A stretch of DNA of 64,000 bases, taken from contig JBCCGK010000023.1 in NCBI GenBank assembly GCA_039029315.1, positions 56,670 through 120,669 of the forward strand, given 5' to 3'. Of this stretch, positions 57,094 to 64,000 are shown in pieces. Source of the stretch: Bacteroidota bacterium. GTDB lineage: Bacteria > Bacteroidota > Bacteroidia > J057. The position numbers and the translations under genes were made by a program. Under the pieces are notes generated by a model. The model was given only the letters and a program-made list of their open reading frames with translations. It was not told the DNA's origin and made no database searches. Each line of letters begins with the position of its first letter. Position 1 is the first letter of the stretch.

Positions 57094-58515
57094 ATGAAAC
57101 AAACATCTCCCCTCCAACAAGCCATGTTTCAGGACATGGCTGACAAACACATTTTTGATCAGGCGAAAAATTATGGTTACGAATATGTCGATCAAGCCTG
57201 GGATCGTCATGTCTATCCGAGTGAGAAAGCCCTGAGTCAACTGAGTGTCTTTGATGAAGCACTTCCAGACAACATTGGACATGCTTCAGACATTCTGGCG
57301 CACCTGCATACCTATGGCTCTCCAGCTACTGTCTCGCAGATTGCTGGTCGCTACTTTGGCTTTGTCAATGGCGGCGTGGTACCTGCTGGACTAGCAGCGA
57401 GGTGTCTGGCAGATTTTTGGGATCAGAACACAGCCATGGAAGTCATCTCTCCCATCTCAGCAAAATTGGAGTCTGTTGTCGAATCCTGGTTGAGAGAATT
57501 GTTTGGTCTACCTGAACAAACGGTGGCAGGCTATGTCAGTGGCACCTCATCAGCCAATCTGTGTGGATTGGCTGCTGCACGATATCGCATTCTCCAAAGA
57601 CAAGGCTGGGACATCAATGAACAAGGCTTGTTTGCTGCACCGAGGATTCGAATTGTGACAGGCCATCATGCGCATTCTTCTGCGCTCAAAGCCATCAAAC
57701 TGCTCGGATTCGGACGGGCCAATATTGAATGGGTAGAAGTCGACGATCAGGGCAGACTCATCGCTGATCAACTCCCTGACTTGGACGCTCAAACCATTGT
57801 TGTTCTCCAAGCTGGCAATGTTAATTCCGGGTCATTCGATCCATTTGAAGCAGTCTGTATCAAAGCACAACAAGCCAAGGCCTGGGTGCATGTGGATGGG
57901 GCATTCGGCTTGTGGGCAGGGGCGAGCCAGCGACTCAAGCCTCTCACAACCGGAATGGAACTCGCCAGTTCCTGGGCCGTTGATGGTCATAAAACTCTCA
58001 ATACGCCTTATGATTCCGGCATTGTTTTGTGTGCTGATCCAGAGGCCATGGTCTCGGCTATGCATATGTCTGGTGCTTATCTGGTTCGGGGCAAAAAGCG
58101 CGATGGCATGTTTTATACACCAGAGATGTCCCGACGAGCCAGGATCATCGAATTGTGGGCGACGATGAAGTATCTCGGTAGGCAGGGCATAGATGAGATG
58201 ATCTGGGGCATGCACGAACGCGCCAGACAATTTGCAGAAGAACTGACTGCAGCAGGATTTGAGATTCTGAATGATGTGGTCTTCAATCAGGTATTGGTCT
58301 CCTGTGGCTCAGATGACGCTACTGAACAAACCCTCCAGCGCGTACAGGAACTCCGAACCTGCTGGTGTGGCGGCTCTTCCTGGTTTGGGAAAAAAGTGAT
58401 CCGAATCAGTGTGTGCAATTGGGCGACGACAGCGGAAGATGTTTCTCAATCAGTAGCTTCCTTTGTCCAGGCCCGCAATGAGGTTATGAGCTTGCCAAAA
58501 TCCAACCTTTATTGA
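57094..58515 (+). CDS. Group II pyridoxal-dependent decarboxylase
   Basis: 473 aa. GTSSANLCGLAAAR, HVDGAFGLWA, and the PLP-Lys block SWAVDGHKTL. Confidence 0.8.
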   Translation: MKQTSPLQQAMFQDMADKHIFDQAKNYGYEYVDQAWDRHVYPSEKALSQLSVFDEALPDNIGHASDILAHLHTYGSPATVSQIAGRYFGFVNGGVVPAGLAARCLADFWDQNTAMEVISPISAKLESVVESWLRELFGLPEQTVAGYVSGTSSANLCGLAAARYRILQRQGWDINEQGLFAAPRIRIVTGHHAHSSALKAIKLLGFGRANIEWVEVDDQGRLIADQLPDLDAQTIVVLQAGNVNSGSFDPFEAVCIKAQQAKAWVHVDGAFGLWAGASQRLKPLTTGMELASSWAVDGHKTLNTPYDSGIVLCADPEAMVSAMHMSGAYLVRGKKRDGMFYTPEMSRRARIIELWATMKYLGRQGIDEMIWGMHERARQFAEELTAAGFEILNDVVFNQVLVSCGSDDATEQTLQRVQELRTCWCGGSSWFGKKVIRISVCNWATTAEDVSQSVASFVQARNEVMSLPKSNLY

Positions 58516-59162
58516 TGAGCGACATCTATATTCCTACATACTCAACTTTCTCAAGAACCAACCCCATGCAAAACCTCAAATTCCCATTACATTTTACCTT
58601 CAAAATTTCTACCCTCTCCAATGATTTTGTGGCCAAAGATGCAGAAGAACGCACCATCGCTTATGTTCGACAAAAGATGCTCAAGTTGATCGATGAGGTG
58701 CTTGTCTACAAGGACGAATCGAAATCTGAGGTCAAATACTCCATCAAGGCCAACAAATGGATTGATTTTTCTGCTGCCTATCTCTTCTCGGATCAGTCAG
58801 GTCGTGAGTTAGGACGCGTTGCCAGAAAAGGTTGGGCTTCCCTCTGGAAAGCTCGCTATGAGATTTATGACGAGAACCAGAAACAGGATCTCCTCATTCA
58901 GGAAGAAAATGGTTGGGTCAAAGTCATAGACGGTATGGTCGGAGAAATCCCGATCCTGGGCATGCTCACTGGATACCTGTTCAATCCTTCCTATCTCTTG
59001 ACAAGACCTGATGGAAGCGAAGTGGCCAAATTAAGCAAAGAGCCCTCCTTTTTTGGACGCAAATTCAAAGTCGAGAAGCTCGCTCCTTTTGAAGAAGGAG
59101 AAGAAACCAGAATTGTATTGGGATTGATGATGATGATCCTGATGGAAAGAAGACGGGGATAA
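58512..59162 (+). CDS. LURP-one-related/DUF567-like (tubby C-terminal-like fold) protein
   Basis: 216 aa. Its pattern of alternating beta-strand-like segments (KFPLHFTFKISTLSNDFVAKDAEERTIAYVRQK) is reminiscent of the LOR family. Low certainty. Confidence 0.35.
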   Translation: MMSDIYIPTYSTFSRTNPMQNLKFPLHFTFKISTLSNDFVAKDAEERTIAYVRQKMLKLIDEVLVYKDESKSEVKYSIKANKWIDFSAAYLFSDQSGRELGRVARKGWASLWKARYEIYDENQKQDLLIQEENGWVKVIDGMVGEIPILGMLTGYLFNPSYLLTRPDGSEVAKLSKEPSFFGRKFKVEKLAPFEEGEETRIVLGLMMMILMERRRG

Positions 59163-59384
59163 ATTCGAAACTTAGCTAAGGATGTAAGGTAATACTCGGC
59201 ATTATGACCACGGAGATAGGTATAGGGTATGGGGGAAATATGGGTATAAGGCTTAATGTTGAGCTGTCCTGGATTCATAAACATCTCACCTTATACCTCT
59301 GAATAGGTTGGATTGGATGCTGAACCAGATTCTTGACCACCCAGCCTTATACCCCATACCTTAGACCTTAGACCCATAAATTCC

Positions 59385-60233
59385 CTAGTCCTTCTCCATC
59401 TCATTCGCCGTCACATACTTCAGCCCATTGACCATGGTTGGGATCATGGTGGTGAAATGATTTTTGTCTGGCATAACCTCTAGGCGCCATTTCAGATTCT
59501 TGCCTTCATAGCCGCTGAAAGCCGTCGCGATTTTGTGAGAGCCTTTCGAGATCCGATTGCCTTCCGAACCCATGGTGAAGTAGACATCATTGTTCATTTC
59601 TTTTTCATTCGCCAGGGTTTCTTCTAGTTGGCCAAAAAGAGAATTGGCTCGGTCTTGAACGGAAGGACTGATCAAGATATAGTCATCGAAAAGATTGTGG
59701 GATTCTGTCAAGGTATAGACCCCAAATAGCCCTCCCAGCGAGTGGCCCATATACAGGCTGTGATCATTGGTGGAAAAATTTTTATCAACAAAAGGAATCA
59801 GCTGATTGGAGACAAAGGCCAAAAAATCCTTCCCCTCTCCAGCATCTTCCCGCCACTCTACCTTCTCCGGTGTCAGATCTGGCCACCAGCGAATATTGGT
59901 TACGCCAACAACGATCATCTCGGGTATCTCCCGATGTCTGGCCAATAGACGTGTGACGCCCGTTGCACAATGAAATAGGTCTTCGCCTCCGATGAACAAG
60001 TACAGGCAAGGATAATCCAGCGTATCTTTGCGTTCTTCATAATTGTCCGGCAGATAGACCGAGACATCATAAGCAAAATCCGTGTACTGAGATGTCAGCT
60101 CATAGGTTTGACCAATGGTTACGGCTTGTTTAGACGTTTGTGCAGGGAGAATCTGTGCACTTAGGCAAAAAGTACCCAGCACACAAAGAGAGAGAAGTTG
60201 ATTCATGGAAGAAAAATTAAATTGTCGTGACAT
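59385..60233 (-). CDS. Secreted alpha/beta-hydrolase esterase (putative esterase family)
   Basis: Signal peptide. Nucleophile elbow GHSLGG. Length and motif order resemble enterochelin-esterase-like esterases. Confidence 0.7.
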   Translation of the reverse strand: MSRQFNFSSMNQLLSLCVLGTFCLSAQILPAQTSKQAVTIGQTYELTSQYTDFAYDVSVYLPDNYEERKDTLDYPCLYLFIGGEDLFHCATGVTRLLARHREIPEMIVVGVTNIRWWPDLTPEKVEWREDAGEGKDFLAFVSNQLIPFVDKNFSTNDHSLYMGHSLGGLFGVYTLTESHNLFDDYILISPSVQDRANSLFGQLEETLANEKEMNNDVYFTMGSEGNRISKGSHKIATAFSGYEGKNLKWRLEVMPDKNHFTTMIPTMVNGLKYVTANEMEKD

Positions 60234-60299
60234 TCACTTCAAAGAACCACCCACCAAGATAGAAGTTGCGCGGCCGTGAAATTCCGGGACATGCCAGAT

Positions 60300-61223
60300 T
60301 TATTTCAGTTGGTTGACCTGCAGGGAGAGGCGGACCTCGGGAGAAGAGTTCGTGGGAAACACCGACAAGCGAATCGATGAGAAGGAATTGTCGGGGAGTT
60401 GATCCATGTGAAACATTTTCTCATCTACCAGGAAATACTGAAAGTCGCCCAGTTGAACAAATCTGAGTTCCGACTCTTGAAAGACAGTCCATTCGAGGTG
60501 ATAATAGATCGGTTGCTCTGGATAAGCAATAAGGATAGCATCTTCATTTAGTGTCATTTTGAAGTTTCCCCATGACAATTCAACCTGGTCCCGAAAGTTG
60601 CTTTTGCTGATGTTTGCGACAATGTCAAAATTCTTTCGCGTATCAAGGCCGGTGATTGGCGCAATCAATATCTCTGCCGAGCTGTCTTCATAAGCAAGGA
60701 TTTCCTGATCAATTTCTGTCTCGATCTCATCAATGTACCAGTCTGGGGGCAAGGTCTCTGGATCGAATAACTCATCGACATAATAGCTTCGCCAAATATC
60801 TGACACCAAACTTCGCAAACATCTTCTTCCATCCTCCGTCCCCTTCATGATGCTTTTGCATTCTCCATGATCCAGGATCACATTCTCATGCCGACGATCC
60901 AGAATACAGTGGCCCAACTCATGAAAGACGAGATATTCTTTTCCGATTTCATTTCGGTCATTCCAGTGATTGGGATTGATGGTCATTTCATTCGTCGCAT
61001 ACCGACAAATACCCGCTGCATGTGCGATGCTCCCAAACTCCATGCTGAAAGAAAAATCTTCCTTCTTCAGGTCAAGTCCTCGCATCTGTGCTTCTTCGAA
61101 GAAGCGATCCACATAAGGCACAAATGTTTCATCGATTACCTGAACATTTTCTTTTTCACAAGACATTAGCATCAGTGTGCTACTGAAGAGAATAATGAGG
61201 AAACGAGAAAATTGCATGTTCAT
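60300..61223 (-). CDS. Lipoprotein with HExxH zinc-metallopeptidase motif
   Basis: Lipobox MLMSC. FHELGHCILDRRHE contains HExxH plus a downstream His/Glu. Confidence 0.45.
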   Translation of the reverse strand: MNMQFSRFLIILFSSTLMLMSCEKENVQVIDETFVPYVDRFFEEAQMRGLDLKKEDFSFSMEFGSIAHAAGICRYATNEMTINPNHWNDRNEIGKEYLVFHELGHCILDRRHENVILDHGECKSIMKGTEDGRRCLRSLVSDIWRSYYVDELFDPETLPPDWYIDEIETEIDQEILAYEDSSAEILIAPITGLDTRKNFDIVANISKSNFRDQVELSWGNFKMTLNEDAILIAYPEQPIYYHLEWTVFQESELRFVQLGDFQYFLVDEKMFHMDQLPDNSFSSIRLSVFPTNSSPEVRLSLQVNQLK

Positions 61224-61464
61224 ATCATTCGTGATTCTTGAAAAACCAAGATAAAAATCTACCCATAGAACTCAAAAAAGGGCACTTGGGTTGTCAACAG
61301 TCTAAGCTTACGCTTATCCCTTATGCCAATCAAGGGTTGGATGCCTCCAAGAAGGTCATCCCAGACAACTGAGCGACCTAGCCAACTCATTTGTCTGAGA
61401 TTTACCCTTTGTCCAGATTCTATCTGCCCACCCAAGCGGTGAGTTCAGCTTTGTTGGGGATCTC

Positions 61465-62937
61465 TTACTGCTTGATGAGTCGGCGACTACCCCTTCCCTG
61501 ATCACTCTGAACAGAGAGCAGGTACAAACCATCGGCCTGATCAGACAAGTCTATGTCCGCTTCACGCCCGACAATATCTTTTACCTGAATCAACTGACCC
61601 TGAATCGTATAGACAGAGAGTCGTGCTTGAAGGGTCTCAGCAAATTGGATATGAAACCGAGCCGTCGAGGGATTGGGCCAGACTTCTGCTTTCAAGGAAT
61701 TCTCTTGCGGATCAATGGAGGAGATGATGTTGTCAAAATCCAGTGGCGTTCCCCATTCTTCTATGCCTTTTTTGTAGTAAACAAGCCAACGGGATAAACT
61801 ACTAGCAATGGTATGTGCCCTATAGTATCCTCCCCCGAGTCCTTCTATCCCATAATCCTCACGTAAGTTCTCAAAGGCACTGCTCTTAAAACAGTCCAAT
61901 CCACCTAAGCCCTTGCTCCATCTTGGATTGTAGTACTTGTATCGCCTTCCATCTCCAGCATCAGATCTTTCCCAACTGCACACATACTCTTCATTCACCC
62001 ACTTTCTCAAAAGGGAATCCCCATTCGCATGGATTCGGCCGGGTTGGTGGCTCAAACTATGGACAGGAATCACCCAGGGAATGGTGTCATTGGTGACGAT
62101 CCATTCGTTATCCTGAAAGGAATTGAAGATTTTTTGTCGCCAAACCTGATAAACAATCGTGTCCTGACTGGCGTTTTCAAGCCGCGACAGAATTTCAAAT
62201 TTTTCATAGGTTGAGTCCAATGGATAGCCAGAATCTGTTTCGCCGGTTTCTTCTACGTGCAACACATCTCCAGGATCAAAATCATAGATCTTTCCGGCAT
62301 TCAGACGCTCCGGCCCCAGATTCGGGTTGCTAAGGCTTGAGAGATACAAGGTAAAGGTATCTGAAGGAAAACGATCAAAATTATAGGTTTGTACCCAGCC
62401 CGATTGCTCACCAATGCGAAAAGTCTTGCCATCCCAACGATCATGCGAAATCACCATTCCGGTTGAATCTTTGTGAATGATGGAAAATTCCTTGATGAGA
62501 TCCTGAACCCCTAGCACATCGCTGAGACTTGATTCCATATGTACCGCCTCCATCACATTCCCATTGGGATAGGTATAAACAGTCCACCTCTCCCCTATCT
62601 GGGTTTGCGTTCGAAATTCGATGGATTCTAGTGTATCATTCGCGAAATGATAGATGCCTGTTGTACTATCCCACTGGACTGGATTGCTCAGCCAGAAATA
62701 TAGGTCATATGCCCATTGTTTCTCTTCTTCGATACAGAAGATCGGAAGGGCAGTTCGATAATAGCTAGCCAAACTATCATCCCAGGACACCGAATCCGGC
62801 GCAAGAAAGTAATTGGCTCCCTGATTGATATTGTATCCGGAAAAATAAGATTGACGGTCCAGCTTCATCAGCTGATAGTTCTGGGAAAATAATTGAACAG
62901 AAGCGATCACACATGGGAGGAGAAGTAGTTTTTTCAT
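61465..62937 (-). CDS. Secreted hypothetical protein with T9SS C-terminal sorting domain
   Basis: Start MKKLLLLPCVIASVQLFSQ at 62937 (the ORF track extends to 63048). C-terminal CTD (VWPNPSTARFHIQFA...GLYLLSVQ). Confidence 0.55.
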   Translation of the reverse strand: MKKLLLLPCVIASVQLFSQNYQLMKLDRQSYFSGYNINQGANYFLAPDSVSWDDSLASYYRTALPIFCIEEEKQWAYDLYFWLSNPVQWDSTTGIYHFANDTLESIEFRTQTQIGERWTVYTYPNGNVMEAVHMESSLSDVLGVQDLIKEFSIIHKDSTGMVISHDRWDGKTFRIGEQSGWVQTYNFDRFPSDTFTLYLSSLSNPNLGPERLNAGKIYDFDPGDVLHVEETGETDSGYPLDSTYEKFEILSRLENASQDTIVYQVWRQKIFNSFQDNEWIVTNDTIPWVIPVHSLSHQPGRIHANGDSLLRKWVNEEYVCSWERSDAGDGRRYKYYNPRWSKGLGGLDCFKSSAFENLREDYGIEGLGGGYYRAHTIASSLSRWLVYYKKGIEEWGTPLDFDNIISSIDPQENSLKAEVWPNPSTARFHIQFAETLQARLSVYTIQGQLIQVKDIVGREADIDLSDQADGLYLLSVQSDQGRGSRRLIKQ

Positions 62938-63457
62938 GGAAAAGATGGTGTTGATGGTTGAGGAAAAAATCAGGATGTAGCATGTGTTAGATCGGGGGAA
63001 AAACACTTTTGACGATTGGCTGTTGGTTTTCCTCCACGTACAAATCATCTCCTATCTGATGTCTGCTGGGTCAGTTTTGTAAACATTTGTTAGGGACAAT
63101 GAGCTGAAGGAAGGAAGAAAAAGTCAACTGCTTTCTCTTGAAGACGGATGTTTTCCCTCAGAAGCTGCGGGAAAGCTTGGGCATTTCGGAAAGAAAAAAT
63201 ACGTACAGGAATAACAAAAAATCATAGGCCCTGTCAATCAGCGAGTTATCCAAAAGTTTTTTATCACATATTTTCACTCCAGAACCTTAAGTATGGAGAC
63301 TATTTCGAATGAAGAATTATGAATATTGAATAGGCTGCCAGACAGCGAGTTAGCAGAATCTATGTTCATATCTATACTTTGGGCCGCATGAATTGTTCCA
63401 TTTGATTCCTCTTTCATTCCCTGATCTTTACTCCCAATTTTTCCGGCTTATAAGCCT

Positions 63458-63509
63458 AGACGTGACGCGTTTGCGGGATGGAATCAGGGCAGAAAAACGC
63501 GTTACGTCT
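63458..63509. promoter_or_regulatory. 15-bp-stem hairpin next to a 12-bp perfect palindrome
   Basis: agacgtgacgcgttt ... aaacgcgttacgtct match at 14 of 15 positions with a 22-nt loop. The palindrome ggcttataagcc lies at 63444-63455. Confidence 0.35.
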
Positions 63510-64000
63510 GAAAAATGCCTTACATCTTTACATCTAAAGTGAAGAATCTATCAGGTCCAATGTATAATTGTGTCCAACTAAGAGCCTTTTTTGGAATCTG
63601 TGCTGAGAATTTTCAGGGTTTATTTTTTTCTCAGACAAGGTTCCTTTTTGTTCTCATAGTGGTGCTATGGGAACAAAAAAAGCCGCCGGATGCGGAAAAA
63701 AGACGCATCCAAAAAATAAGGGATAGATGTTCAAACAGTTTCTAAGTTTGACTTTGGCCAAAATGGAAATTCAAATCTGCCTTCAAAGCCTTAAGTAAGT
63801 GGACAGGTTTATATTTGGCGATCATTTTCCACCCTCTCGCTCTCCCGCCAGCGGGAGAAATCAGCCCACAAGGCCAGGAATCAATGATTTTTCCTTTGGA
63901 GGGGGGAGGGGGAGGAATAGAATAGGCATATGTAAATATGTCCCCTATTTACAAGCCTATTTTCAATCAGAATTAATCAACATCCCCCAAAAACAGCGAA

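Noticed and set aside
59239-59360. Inverted repeat gggtataaggct / agccttataccc flanking about 90 bp between convergent genes
   Set aside because: The arms are only about 12 bp with a long loop, and there is a simple direct repeat ccttaga-ccttaga nearby. This is probably just an intergenic terminator region and too weak to call a mobile element.
1-64000. CRISPR arrays, rRNA genes, integrases or transposases
   Set aside because: No regularly spaced direct repeats were seen. No integrase, transposase or recombinase signatures appeared in any ORF, so the islet around 36-38 kb has no visible mobility gene in this window.

Overview
This 64-kb window looks like a Bacteroidota chromosome segment, plausibly Cytophagia- or Saprospiria-like. 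The cues are SusC/SusD pairs, hybrid two-component systems, at least five proteins with T9SS C-terminal sorting domains, and the absence of Shine-Dalgarno dependence. The sequence is almost entirely coding. The left half is a fructan-type polysaccharide utilization region. It carries a GH32-SusC-SusD operon transcribed divergently from two tandem paralogous hybrid two-component sensors whose periplasmic sensor is a sugar-binding (PBP) domain, the architecture of the Bacteroides fructose sensor BT1754. Two further divergent GH32-like genes follow. A 9.5-kb unidirectional gene string encodes a sulfatase fused to a DUF2961/GH172-like domain, a DUF1553 protein with a PSCyt-type CxxCH motif, a TAT-signal DUF1501 protein, a PfkB sugar kinase and a class II ketose-bisphosphate aldolase. 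The middle of the window holds an RtcB RNA ligase plus SPFH-protein gene pair. Immediately upstream of it, on the same strand, is a tRNA-Lys(UUU)-like element whose arms are circularly permuted. Next comes a small islet with a WYL-domain regulator fused to a PhyH-type Fe(II)/2OG dioxygenase and a RelE/ParE toxin-antitoxin pair. The right part carries miscellaneous metabolism and regulation genes: Gfo/Idh/MocA oxidoreductase, TIM-barrel isomerase, beta-lactamase-like hydrolase, aminotransferase, YhcG-type PD-(D/E)XK nuclease, a LytS/LytTR two-component system, a TAT-signal enolase-superfamily enzyme, GH2, an XisH/XisI pair and a PLP decarboxylase. Non-coding signals include a 14-nt motif tGGGGGGAATTTTT shared by two PUL upstream regions, a perfect 13-bp direct repeat pair upstream of a T9SS protein gene, a 152-bp MITE-like inverted-repeat element and several strong hairpins. 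No CRISPR array, rRNA or canonical tRNA was seen. All functional calls rest on motif recognition from the translated ORFs and should be confirmed by HMM or BLAST searches.
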